From positions 217,319 to 281,318 of the forward strand of contig CBFHKH010000001.1 in NCBI GenBank assembly GCA_965656375.1: DNA of 64,000 nt. Reading direction: 5' to 3'. Both the position numbers and the translations under genes were made by a program. Below the pieces are notes generated by a model that was not told the origin of the DNA, did no database searches, and worked only from the letters and a program-made list of their open reading frames with translations. Shown piece after piece: positions 18,299 to 29,172 of this stretch. Positions within the stretch are counted from its first letter, which is position 1. Each line of letters opens with the position of its first letter. The stretch is from Minisyncoccia bacterium (lineage in GTDB: Bacteria; Patescibacteriota; Minisyncoccia; Phycocordibacterales; UBA9973).

Positions 18299-19243
18299 CT
18301 AGTTGATACCTGTAGGATAGAGTATCTTATCAGCCAAGGAATCAACATTAAATTCTATCCTTTCAGCTTTACATGCTTTCTGCTCTGGCTCGTCGTAATT
18401 CATACATTCAATAAATCGCAAGGTGAAGGATATTTCTTTTGATCCACTACTTGTAGGTGTACGATATGTGTAATTGGTATACGTACTGCCTGCTGCTCCT
18501 TCGCTCGAAGTTGTAATGCAGTATTCGTGACTTCCGAATGTCTTCTTTGTTGTAGTGTGGGTTCCATATCCAATGCCAGTTCCATCCTTGCAAGTGAACC
18601 CTTCGTTTATAGTTCTGACTTCTGGTGGCCAGGTTTCATTCTGGACTTTAATATATTTTGTAGATAACGCTTTTGGATTTGGATTTAAGTAGTTTGTTTT
18701 AAATCGTTGTGCTACTTTCCCACAATCTACAGCAGGAACGAAATTTTCATAGATGACACTCTCTCCATTCTTGAACCTGTACATCCCATTCATATCTTCA
18801 TATTTCTCTCCAATACCCTGCTTAAGGCCAGTTTTACCTACAATAAACATCTCTTCTTGAGTCGCTACCATACCTTCACCTGTAGATGTGTAAAGGATGG
18901 TAATTTTTTTAGGAAAATCTGCATCTTTGGTATTGGTAGTTACTGTACCTGTGTATTCACCCACCAAAGAATCTTTCTCCCCTGGTAGCCAGTTCATCAC
19001 GCCATGTACTGTATCTTTGCTATCATAGACGATAGATGTGAAAAGATAGTCAGATGTTTCTTTTCCTTTTGTTTCTTGGAAGTAACAATATTCTTTTCCA
19101 ACTGTGACTGTATCGCCTAACGTTTCTCCAGTTTGATCTGGAACTACTGTAAGTGGAATTTGCTTCTTCTTACTTACTCCATAAATAATAATTGCGAGCA
19201 CTAGTAATACTAATACGAGAAGTATTTTATTGTTTTTTGTCAT
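18299..19243 (-). CDS. Membrane-anchored hypothetical protein
   Basis: N-terminal TM; EKDS..G...YTSTGEG domain plus Cys-rich C-terminal module. Confidence 0.75.
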   Translation of the reverse strand: MTKNNKILLVLVLLVLAIIIYGVSKKKQIPLTVVPDQTGETLGDTVTVGKEYCYFQETKGKETSDYLFTSIVYDSKDTVHGVMNWLPGEKDSLVGEYTGTVTTNTKDADFPKKITILYTSTGEGMVATQEEMFIVGKTGLKQGIGEKYEDMNGMYRFKNGESVIYENFVPAVDCGKVAQRFKTNYLNPNPKALSTKYIKVQNETWPPEVRTINEGFTCKDGTGIGYGTHTTTKKTFGSHEYCITTSSEGAAGSTYTNYTYRTPTSSGSKEISFTLRFIECMNYDEPEQKACKAERIEFNVDSLADKILYPTGIN

Positions 19244-19312
19244 ACACTCAGTATATAACTATTTATTTTTATTGTCGAAGTAAATGGTGAATATCTACTA
19301 TATTCTCTTTTT

Positions 19313-19828
19313 TTAGTTACAGAGCACTTTCTTATACAAAAGCGATGTTGGTTCTCCTGTACGATCAGGAACCAGTACACCGTTGCCATCTACTTGCTCT
19401 TCATTTAACATATATCTTTGTTTCAGGAGATTTTCTCCATCAATCTTGTATATTTCAAGTTCTCTACCCTCTGATCCTTCTATGGTATAGGTGAAAAGGA
19501 GTTCAAGTATTGTTTTATCACTTGTTATCTCACCATTGAGACTGCCTATATAGCCATTTGTCATGTCAGGTCCGCTTTGAGTGCCACTCTTTGTGCCCGT
19601 TACGCTATTACCCGTACGAGTTATACTCATGTGTTCCTCTACAGCATACGGAGCATCTGGAGTTGATTTTTGAATATATACAAAGCAATACGATGTATTC
19701 TCTCTGAAACTATCTTGTATTGTTGTTGATTCTTGTGTTGGTGGTAACGTACGAGGTTTTATAAAATATAGAGAGCCAAGTATTACTATAATCACTACAA
19801 CTATCCCGACAAGTAATCTCTTATTCAT
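19313..19828 (-). CDS. Membrane-anchored hypothetical protein
   Basis: N-terminal TM; FTYTIEG motif. Confidence 0.75.
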   Translation of the reverse strand: MNKRLLVGIVVVIIVILGSLYFIKPRTLPPTQESTTIQDSFRENTSYCFVYIQKSTPDAPYAVEEHMSITRTGNSVTGTKSGTQSGPDMTNGYIGSLNGEITSDKTILELLFTYTIEGSEGRELEIYKIDGENLLKQRYMLNEEQVDGNGVLVPDRTGEPTSLLYKKVLCN

Positions 19829-19854
19829 ACTTTAATTGTATAGTATTCCTATCT

Positions 19855-21078
19855 TTAATGCGACCCTGGGAATGAATTCCCTCTCTGCCTGCCACTACCC
19901 TTAAGAGATGATGCACGTCGTACGGAATTATGTCCGAACTTGGAACGAATCTTATCAGCAACTTGTTCGACAATACTCCTCTTCTCAGATTCTATTTGGA
20001 TACCAAAAAGATCCTGAGGAACATCTTCGATCCGACGAAGATTATGAAGAGTTATGCCAGTTGATCGAATCTTCTCATCTTTTACTAGAGTTTTATAGAA
20101 AATTGGTTCTACGGCGTTCAAAATAACACTTGGATCTGTGGTATAGATGGTTAGACGAATTTCATTACCACGGTAACGAAAATCTGTATTTTTTATAAAG
20201 AAGGAGACAGAATTAGTCATAAGATCAAGTCTCCGAGCATGCTCACAAGCTCGTTCAACATTTTCTGAAAGCTCTGCGAATATAATCTCTTTCTCACTTG
20301 ATGAGGGTTTGAATGTTGCTGTTGATTGAATTGATTTTTGATCTCGGGGATCAGAATGAGAATCTACTGTATAGATAGGCTCTCCTCTGAGTTCTTTCTG
20401 TAAGATAGAAAGTGGTTCATTAAAATATTTCTCAATGTAATCAGCTGAGTATTTTACAAAGTCATATGCTGTTCTCATTCCCATTGATTGGAGTCTAGGA
20501 ACTGTTCGCCAGCCAATACCCCAGATATCATCAATGGGAGTATGTTTAAGAGCGTGTATCTCATCTTCATTGGTAAGAAGTACAACCATACCATTGGGTT
20601 TTTTCAGTTTTGATGCAGTTTTTGCAAGTGCTTTTGTACGAGCAAGACCGAGAGAAAATGTTACTCCGAGTGTATTTTCTATTTCATCTTTGATGTCCTG
20701 AACTAATTTTTCTGCGCTTCCTGCATACTTAATGTCGGATTCTTTAACTGTGGCAAAGCATTCATCTATGCTATATTGTTCAACTTCTTCGAGATATGAT
20801 TCTAGAATTGTATATACACCTTTTGAGATTTTAGTATATAAATCAAAGTGATGAGACAAGATAATGACCTGAGGAAAGAATTTCTTGATCTTAAATATTG
20901 GCATTCCTCGTGTTATACCAAGTAATTTTGCTTCGTGGCTCATCGCTACTGCGATCCCACGATCTTGTCCAACGATCACAGGCAATCCTTTGTATTCTGG
21001 ATGTTTTGATAATTCGCATGCGACAAAGAACGAATCCCCGTCAGCATGGAGAAAAAGGTTATCTGATCCTGTGTTCAT
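19855..21078 (-). CDS. Y-family DNA polymerase (DinB/UmuC-like)
   Basis: HADGDSFFVACE, SHEAK, YSIDE and IWGIG motifs. Confidence 0.92.
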   Translation of the reverse strand: MNTGSDNLFLHADGDSFFVACELSKHPEYKGLPVIVGQDRGIAVAMSHEAKLLGITRGMPIFKIKKFFPQVIILSHHFDLYTKISKGVYTILESYLEEVEQYSIDECFATVKESDIKYAGSAEKLVQDIKDEIENTLGVTFSLGLARTKALAKTASKLKKPNGMVVLLTNEDEIHALKHTPIDDIWGIGWRTVPRLQSMGMRTAYDFVKYSADYIEKYFNEPLSILQKELRGEPIYTVDSHSDPRDQKSIQSTATFKPSSSEKEIIFAELSENVERACEHARRLDLMTNSVSFFIKNTDFRYRGNEIRLTIYTTDPSVILNAVEPIFYKTLVKDEKIRSTGITLHNLRRIEDVPQDLFGIQIESEKRSIVEQVADKIRSKFGHNSVRRASSLKGSGRQRGNSFPGSH

Positions 21079-21082
21079 ATAC

Positions 21083-21361
21083 TTATTTCAGCGCCCCTTC
21101 ACTCTTGAGCTTGCGGTATTTTTCTCTGGACCCACCACGATTGTAATCACCGATAACGCCGTCACTTCTGATAACACGATGACATGGGACATTTGGTCGG
21201 TAGTTTGCCTTCATAATAGATCCAACCGCACGCGCAGCGCCAGGACTTCCTGCACGAGTGGCAACTTCCTTGTAGGTCATGGTTTCTCCCTTTTTTATAC
21301 CAGAGACAATATTGAGTACTCGCTCTGTGAATAGTGTTAGTTTTTTGTTTGTACTTTTCAT
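21083..21361 (-). CDS. MGMT/Ogt C-terminal-domain alkyltransferase
   Basis: ARAVG and VPCHRV (active-site Cys retained). Confidence 0.9.
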   Translation of the reverse strand: MKSTNKKLTLFTERVLNIVSGIKKGETMTYKEVATRAGSPGAARAVGSIMKANYRPNVPCHRVIRSDGVIGDYNRGGSREKYRKLKSEGALK

Positions 21362-21366
21362 ATGTG

Positions 21367-23037
21367 TTATATAAATAATTTTGCTAATCGTATGTCCTCG
21401 AATGATAATTTGTGGCCTTCTTGCTCAAGTATTGTTTTAATCGGACTTAGCTTCCCTATATCTTCTCCTTCGAGAGTATTATTTACTCGTTTCACCAGAT
21501 CGATGTATGTATCTTTTGGTTTGATATGAGAGATGCTCGTTTCTGGATACTCTTTGATGATTTGTTCGATATGATGTGTTATGGTTCCTTTTGTAAGGCC
21601 TCGCTCCTTGGCAATATCGGCTACTCCTTTACCTTGGTCGAGTAATTGTTTTGTTATGAGTATCGTTGGAATTTTTATTTCTGGATCCTTTTTCTTTTTT
21701 CCAATTTCTAAAGTGCCTCCCATGCGAACGATGAACTCATGCTCGAGTTTCTCTTCTTCATGTGGTGTGAGCTTTCCGAACATGAGCTCGTTTTGTGTGC
21801 TTTCATTGCGAAGTTCCTGATCAAATGTAAGCACTTCTGGATCAACACGAAGTGCATCAGGATGGAATCCTATCAATCTGATGCCAGAAAGTGTGCGGAC
21901 TCGAGAGAGAGCAACGTAACCCATACCGTATGCAAAAGTGTGTGCAAGATCGATCTCTGCATTATCGAGTGATATTCCTTGGCTTTTATGAATAGTTATT
22001 GCCCAGGCGAGGCGTATCGGTAACTGACTGAGAAAAGCTTTTTCTTTACCATTTTCTTCTATTGCCCATTTCTCTGGAGTAGCATAGATGGTCTTGCCAT
22101 TATAGAGTTCGATAATCGGAGTACCATCAGAATCGATAAATCCAACAACTTTTCCTCGAGTACCGTTTACATATCCTTCTTCGAAATTATTCTTTATACA
22201 CATCACTTCGGCACCTACTTTTAATCGGAGTTCTTCTTGAGCAAGGCAGCTTTTCTTAAGTATTTCTACCAGAATCTCTGGACCAGTAGATGTCATGCGG
22301 TAGACTCTCTCTTCTGTCGCTATAGTTGCAAGCTCTGTATTATTTTCTATATCTACATTTGCGTTGTGTGTATAGAGCTTTGTAGGTCGAACATTGTTTC
22401 CGAGTTCTGCATTAAGGCGCTTCTCTAAGTGTTCATAATGTAGTACATCGACAGTGTTATCACGAATGGCATTCAATATATCTGTAAGCGTATCGTCTTC
22501 TTGGCGATGCTGTTCTGTGAGATAACAGATAGCAGGATTCATAATACGCCAGGCTTCACTATAGAGAACCATATCTTTGATAGTGCCTTCAGTCGATTTA
22601 TTTATCGGTGGGAGTTGAAAGAAGTCACCAGAGAGTATAACTTGTAATCCTCCAAATGGTTTATCGCTCCGTTTAAATCTTCTGCATACTCGTTCTACCA
22701 TGTCGAGTCTATGAGCATGAAGCATGGATACTTCATCAATGATAAGGACTCGAGCATTTTCGAAGCGTTTCCATAGGTATTGCTTACCTTCGAGAGTTTC
22801 AATGTCATGTTCATTCATAGTTTCCTTAATACCAATACCTGCCCATCCATGTATGGTCATACCATTCATATGAGTGGCAGCGATTCCCGTTGATGCAGTA
22901 ATAGCCACGGGGATGTCGTGGTTTTGTAAATACCGAATATATTGATTAAGGAGATATGTTTTTCCGCTTCCTGCGCTTCCTGTGAGATAGACATTTACTC
23001 CAGTCTTCATAATGGTAAATGCCTGCGCTTGAGTCAT
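21367..23037 (-). CDS. PIF1-family (SF1B) helicase with C-terminal HTH
   Basis: GSAGSGKT, DEVSM, GDFFQLPP, WAITIHKSQG and YVALSR motifs; IAKERGLTKGTI HTH. Confidence 0.92.
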   Translation of the reverse strand: MTQAQAFTIMKTGVNVYLTGSAGSGKTYLLNQYIRYLQNHDIPVAITASTGIAATHMNGMTIHGWAGIGIKETMNEHDIETLEGKQYLWKRFENARVLIIDEVSMLHAHRLDMVERVCRRFKRSDKPFGGLQVILSGDFFQLPPINKSTEGTIKDMVLYSEAWRIMNPAICYLTEQHRQEDDTLTDILNAIRDNTVDVLHYEHLEKRLNAELGNNVRPTKLYTHNANVDIENNTELATIATEERVYRMTSTGPEILVEILKKSCLAQEELRLKVGAEVMCIKNNFEEGYVNGTRGKVVGFIDSDGTPIIELYNGKTIYATPEKWAIEENGKEKAFLSQLPIRLAWAITIHKSQGISLDNAEIDLAHTFAYGMGYVALSRVRTLSGIRLIGFHPDALRVDPEVLTFDQELRNESTQNELMFGKLTPHEEEKLEHEFIVRMGGTLEIGKKKKDPEIKIPTILITKQLLDQGKGVADIAKERGLTKGTITHHIEQIIKEYPETSISHIKPKDTYIDLVKRVNNTLEGEDIGKLSPIKTILEQEGHKLSFEDIRLAKLFI

Positions 23038-23058
23038 AGGAATTTAGTATACCATTTC

Positions 23059-23625
23059 TTAATATTTACGAATGACAGCTTTTACAATTGCAGTGATGTT
23101 CATATAGGTAACTGGATAGATATTTTTGAAATCCTTGTTTGCAGGTTCGAGCCAAACTTTATCGCCCTCTTTTCTAAAATATTTCATAGTAAATTCTCCA
23201 TCAACATCCGCGATTACTATTTCTCCATCTTTTGCTTTATCAGTTCTTTCTACGAGCACCATATCACCATCAGCAATATGTGCATCGATCATAGAGTTAC
23301 CATCTACTTCGAGCATGTATGTAGTGCCCTTTTTCTGTACTAAGTATTCATCGAGATTGACGGTATCATGCGACTCTTCCGCGACATCAGCTGGGAATCC
23401 GGCTTTAACAAGGCCGAGGAGCGGAATACTATCAAAAGATTCATTGGCAACGAGTCTGCCCAAGTGATCTTTGGCAACGAGTCCTGCATCAATGAATTTT
23501 TCAACAAGTCGCGCAACAGCGTTCTTGGATTTAAAGCCGAATAAATGCATCATCTCAGTATATGTTGGCATTCGCTTTTCGCGAGCGTAGAAAGATTGGA
23601 GTTTAGATTTGTAGTCGTTATACAT
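23059..23625 (-). CDS. lexA: LexA-type SOS repressor
   Basis: N-terminal wHTH (MPTYTEM...FKSKNAV), Ala-Gly cleavage site KAGFP, catalytic Ser (GNSM) and Lys (TMKY). Confidence 0.88.
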   Translation of the reverse strand: MYNDYKSKLQSFYAREKRMPTYTEMMHLFGFKSKNAVARLVEKFIDAGLVAKDHLGRLVANESFDSIPLLGLVKAGFPADVAEESHDTVNLDEYLVQKKGTTYMLEVDGNSMIDAHIADGDMVLVERTDKAKDGEIVIADVDGEFTMKYFRKEGDKVWLEPANKDFKNIYPVTYMNITAIVKAVIRKY

Positions 23626-23629
23626 ATAT

Positions 23630-23833
23630 TTAGAATATCAGAAACTGTGGTACTGCGAAAGAGAATCTGCTAAAAATACTCTTTCGTGAATGCTGTAGCA
23701 TCTTCTTCTGCAAGATCTTGTGATCGCGAGCTTCTTTTTTGTATTCGACACCTTGGAGAATCTTCATATCGATTCTCTTGTTGAGAGCCTGGAGCTCTCG
23801 CTCTATTATTTTGACGTATTGTTCTCTGTTCAT
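23630..23833 (-). CDS. Small hypothetical protein, first gene of lexA operon
   Basis: 67-aa ORF ending 4 bp before the lexA start, directly under the boxed promoter. Confidence 0.7.
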   Translation of the reverse strand: MNREQYVKIIERELQALNKRIDMKILQGVEYKKEARDHKILQKKMLQHSRKSIFSRFSFAVPQFLIF

Positions 23834-23872
23834 AAAATATATTTATAATTACTACTAATTACTTATATATCT

Positions 23873-23901
23873 AGTATATGTGAACGATCGTTCACCGTCA
23901 A
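23873..23901 (-). promoter_or_regulatory. Sigma70 promoter containing a LexA box (GAAC-N4-GTTC)
   Basis: TTGACG-17-TATACT with the perfect palindrome GTGAACGATCGTTCAC (23880-23895) in the spacer. Confidence 0.85.
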
Positions 23902-23921
23902 GCAAATATCTGTGGATAACC

Positions 23922-23967
23922 TTAAAACTAAAACCCCTTACTAAATAGTAAGGGGTTTTAGTTTTAA
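23922..23967 (-). terminator. Long intrinsic terminator
   Basis: 22-bp perfect inverted repeat TTAAAACTAAAACCCCTTACTA/TAGTAAGGGGTTTTAGTTTTAA right after the stop at 23969. Confidence 0.8.
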
Positions 23968-23968
23968 A

Positions 23969-24541
23969 CTATAATCCAGTTTTATAATCTTTCATGTCCG
24001 GAGTAGTCGAGGTTGAGATAGTGACCACCTGCTTGCCTGTTTCTTTGTTCGTGGTGATCATAACATTAAACATTCGGTTATCCTTTTTTGCAGCGAGAGT
24101 AGTAATAGCTCCCATTTGTGTACCTGTGATTGGCTTGCCTGGATAAAGAGATACCCAACCTGAAGTTGTGAGGTTGCTCTTGTAGAAATCGAGAATTGCC
24201 TGTGTATCGTCAGAAGTAGTGAAAGTAACTTGGGAACCATTTGTGCCCATAATATCGCTTGAAGTTGATTGTGTGATCGTAGCATTTTTGTATGTTGGCG
24301 CATCAGAAGGCCAGTTATCTGGAAGTTTATTCCCTGTTGTCACTGTGCCGTAATCGCTTTTTACAGTTCTTGAGCCATCGAGGTTCCGATCAACATCAAT
24401 ACCATACGCATCATACATTTTCTTTTCTGCGCTGTTGTTGCGCATATAGATAAGGCCGCCGATAAGAAGAACTACTAACACGCCGATAATAATATACAAA
24501 CCTTTCTTTGAGCTACCAGCTGTTTGATTTATTGGATCCAT
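23969..24541 (-). CDS. Membrane-anchored hypothetical protein
   Basis: N-terminal TM; LPDNWPSDAP..Y and FYK..L...GW motifs. Confidence 0.75.
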   Translation of the reverse strand: MDPINQTAGSSKKGLYIIIGVLVVLLIGGLIYMRNNSAEKKMYDAYGIDVDRNLDGSRTVKSDYGTVTTGNKLPDNWPSDAPTYKNATITQSTSSDIMGTNGSQVTFTTSDDTQAILDFYKSNLTTSGWVSLYPGKPITGTQMGAITTLAAKKDNRMFNVMITTNKETGKQVVTISTSTTPDMKDYKTGL

Positions 24542-24674
24542 ATTCGTTTAAATTGTAATTAGTAATACAATAATAGTACTGCTCTCATGGCATTGTGTCA
24601 ATGATAGGCAGATTAGATAAAATAAAAAACCTGCCACATACGCGTGGCAGGTTTTAATTAAAATCATTTCTATA

Positions 24675-25361
24675 TCAAAATTTATACGTAAGGCCTGCTC
24701 CCCAAATAAAATTTTTCTCCGGGTGGTAATAAATATTTGCCTCAGCTTGCCTTCCTTCTCTATTGATGTTCTGCATCCCTGCATAGCAAATCAATGAAAA
24801 TTTATCTGTAAATTTAGGCGTCCATTTTGACCGTGCTCCAAAAGATATGTAAAAATCACTGAATGTGACTTCTTTCTTTATAGGTCCATTTTGATACAAA
24901 CCTGGTTCTTTTTGGAATTCTCCTTCAAGAAACGGGCCAAATTTTAGTCTTTTGCCAAATAAAAATTCTGTTTCTGTCCGCAGCTTTAAGAAATCACCTT
25001 TGCTTAGATTCTTAATTCCTTTAAGCAAGAACTGGATTTCAGCTCCCTTCTCGCTTTCTCTTGTAAACAAAAGAGCACCAGTATAAGAGAGGATGCCCTT
25101 ACCGTAATCCCAAACAAAGCCGGGCAATAAGAACATTTTTGTTTTACTTTTAGAGAGGTTTAATCCTAGAGAGATGCTCAGCATCTTGTACCCATCGGAT
25201 TGAAGGCCTACAGTAATCAAAGCTTTCTTTACTGCGAGTGATGAATTTGCTACAACCCCTTTCTCATCAATTGACGAGTAGCCAATCATTGAATTTGATT
25301 TCTGTCCGATTGATTGGAGGGTCAAACAACTAATTGCGAAAATAAAAATGAGTTTTCTCAT
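24675..25361 (-). CDS. Putative outer-membrane beta-barrel-like protein
   Basis: Signal peptide, alternating amphipathic strands and C-terminal beta-signal FIWGAGLTYKF. Confidence 0.6.
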   Translation of the reverse strand: MRKLIFIFAISCLTLQSIGQKSNSMIGYSSIDEKGVVANSSLAVKKALITVGLQSDGYKMLSISLGLNLSKSKTKMFLLPGFVWDYGKGILSYTGALLFTRESEKGAEIQFLLKGIKNLSKGDFLKLRTETEFLFGKRLKFGPFLEGEFQKEPGLYQNGPIKKEVTFSDFYISFGARSKWTPKFTDKFSLICYAGMQNINREGRQAEANIYYHPEKNFIWGAGLTYKF

Positions 25362-25417
25362 CTGAATTAATTTTAAGGTTTTAAAATATCGTTATTAGAT
25401 GCTAGTTTAACAGGAAA

Positions 25418-26374
25418 TTAGCGAGTAGTCAATAGACGCTTTGTTCGCTTGTTTAACTGATACCATTTCCATTTAATAGCACACCATGTATTACAGTATG
25501 CCTCACCATATGGAGGATGGATTTCTGCACTTGTACGGAGACAATTCTCACAACAGATGAAATGATCGTGGCACATGAGGTTAGCACAATTCACATAGTG
25601 TTCACTCGGAACGTTACATTTTGAACAGCGGCCTATTACTTCATGAGTATCGGGATCATTGAAATTCATTGTAATGCGTTTATCGAAAACATAGAGCGAA
25701 CCTTTAAAATCTTGGCCCGGGTATTTTTCCATATAACTCACAATCCCGCCATCGAGTTGATACACATCTTTAAATCCTTCTCGAGCTAGGAGGCCTGAAG
25801 CCTTCTCACAACGCACGCCACCAGTACAAACTGTGAGAACAGTTTCATTCTTTAATTCCTCGATTTTCTTTATATTCTTTTTTAGATCACGGAAATTATT
25901 CAGATCTGGGAATACCGTTCCTTCAAATTTTCCTACCCTTAATTCATAATCATTACGCATGTCTACGATATGGAACTTTTTTCCCTCTTTATACCACTGC
26001 CGTAATGCTTCAGGAGAAAGATGGATGCCAGTAATCTGGTTTGGATCAATATCTGCTTCATCTCCCAGATGAAGAGAGACAATTTCCTTTCGAGTTTTTA
26101 CTGAAAGTCGTGGAAACGCAGTGCCATCATCTGTACCCTTGCTTATCTTCCAATGTATATCTGAAAATCTTGGATCAGCTTTCATCCACTCCATGTATTC
26201 CTTGCATGCCTCGTTTGTACCTTCAAATGTACCGTTAATGCCTTCACGGGCGATGATCATACGGCCTTTCATACCAAGACGTGTGCACAGTAGAAACTGC
26301 TCGTCTCGAAACGCTTTCGGGTCACTAATAGGGGTATATTTATAGAAAAGGATAATACTATTTGCATTTTGCAT
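25418..26374 (-). CDS. trhO: Rhodanese-domain tRNA hydroxylase TrhO (YceA/UPF0176)
   Basis: ILFYKY, EGINGT, DMRNDYE, CTGGVRCEKAS and LYVFDKR motifs. Confidence 0.9.
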   Translation of the reverse strand: MQNANSIILFYKYTPISDPKAFRDEQFLLCTRLGMKGRMIIAREGINGTFEGTNEACKEYMEWMKADPRFSDIHWKISKGTDDGTAFPRLSVKTRKEIVSLHLGDEADIDPNQITGIHLSPEALRQWYKEGKKFHIVDMRNDYELRVGKFEGTVFPDLNNFRDLKKNIKKIEELKNETVLTVCTGGVRCEKASGLLAREGFKDVYQLDGGIVSYMEKYPGQDFKGSLYVFDKRITMNFNDPDTHEVIGRCSKCNVPSEHYVNCANLMCHDHFICCENCLRTSAEIHPPYGEAYCNTWCAIKWKWYQLNKRTKRLLTTR

Positions 26375-26531
26375 TAATGTAATATACATTATTTTATAAG
26401 AATATTTTATTGACAATAGTAATAAACACTGATATAATGATGAAAATATTATTCTGTTAGAAAATACCAAGTTTCTTAACTGGTAATGAGATAGGGAATT
26501 TGGTATTTTCTAACAGTTAAAATATAAGGAC

Positions 26532-27077
26532 ATGAATTTATTTTTAAAACTTTGGTCTTGCTTCTTTACATGGAAGGTAGGAATGGATAAAGATTCAACT
26601 ATTGGCACATATGCTGATGTTCTTCTCGGGTTATCATTCGGCATCGGGCAAAATAACACTCCTGGTGCAAGTAATAAAGCCTTGGCCTTACATGCGGAAA
26701 GAATAAACAAAGAATACAAAATCCCGCTGATTCTTCAACAGGAAATAAGCATTGGTATGAATTCTGCAAGCTCTTATTCGGTAATAGGAAGTCATGGCAA
26801 ACGAGGCAAATACCTTGATACACATGAAGTTATCCGCCAAGCAGTTGAAGTCTGTAAGAGAAACAAATGGAGTACTGTTGCTACGTTAGCTCATCCTGAC
26901 CATGCATGGCGAGTAAAAATGATAGTTGAAAAATTTGGATTGAAAGCGTTGGTAGTTAATACTGCAAATGTACCCTATGATCTAATGTCCACACAAAAAT
27001 GGACTCGATCAAAACGACAGTTTGTTTTACGGGAAATTGCAGTAAAATTATATTTCCTTTTAAGAGGTTGGATATAA
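26532..27077 (+). CDS. Hypothetical protein, possibly DUF218/YdcF-like
   Basis: YLDTHEV and AHPDHAWRV resemble YdcF motifs; own promoter and terminator. Confidence 0.6.
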   Translation: MNLFLKLWSCFFTWKVGMDKDSTIGTYADVLLGLSFGIGQNNTPGASNKALALHAERINKEYKIPLILQQEISIGMNSASSYSVIGSHGKRGKYLDTHEVIRQAVEVCKRNKWSTVATLAHPDHAWRVKMIVEKFGLKALVVNTANVPYDLMSTQKWTRSKRQFVLREIAVKLYFLLRGWI

Positions 27078-27166
27078 TTAAATTATTATTTAACGTAACT
27101 AACAAAATCGACTTTAGAAATTAAAATTACCTCGCTTGTGTGAGGTAATTTTTTATTGCAGTAAAT

Positions 27167-27610
27167 TTATTTACGGTATTTTTTTGTGCGCCATTTGTCG
27201 GCGATCTTTACACGAGTGAGAGAACGTTCAAGTTCAGCAGCGAAATGTTCGAAGTCAACAACTTCCTTGTTGTCTGCCATTTTCTTGAGTTCTAGAGCTT
27301 TTGCCTCTGCGTGCTTGATAGCTTCATCAGTAATATCTGCGACATGCTCAGCAAAATCGGCAAGTATAGCAACTTCCGTAATATCGCCAGTTTGTTTTAC
27401 TTCTACAAATCCTCCTGAGACAGCCATAGGAATATGCTCACCATTTAGAAGTGCAACAATATCGCCTGAAGCAAGACCTGCGATCACTGGTACGTGATCA
27501 GGAAGAATAGTCAACTCTCCTTCTGTAGATGGGAATGTTACAGCTTCCACCATTTCTTCGAGGATTAGTTTCTCTGGTGTAACTATTTTAAGTTTTAATT
27601 GTTTTGACAT
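27167..27610 (-). CDS. atpC: ATP synthase epsilon subunit
   Basis: LKIVTPEK, GELTILPDH and VSGGFVEV motifs. Confidence 0.95.
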   Translation of the reverse strand: MSKQLKLKIVTPEKLILEEMVEAVTFPSTEGELTILPDHVPVIAGLASGDIVALLNGEHIPMAVSGGFVEVKQTGDITEVAILADFAEHVADITDEAIKHAEAKALELKKMADNKEVVDFEHFAAELERSLTRVKIADKWRTKKYRK

Positions 27611-27630
27611 ATATTTTTTGAGCTGGAAAT

Positions 27631-27781
27631 TTTTTTAAAATTAGTTCTTAAGAAAGGTCTTTCGCAGGAGATTAGAAAATAAAATATGTAATCAGATTAT
27701 TATTTTCTTGATCGACGAGAAGTTCGCTGGCGAAGCTTTGCCAGACAGATTGCCTTTCGAGAGAAGCTAATTTTTAAAAAA
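27631..27781. repeat. Palindromic structured element, copy A (atpD-atpC spacer)
   Basis: Homologous to 36538-36700 with compensatory base changes. Confidence 0.75.
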
Positions 27782-27792
27782 CTCACTACTAC

Positions 27793-29151
<1,359 letters not shown>

Positions 29152-29172
29152 CTAATAATTTTAATAATAAAT

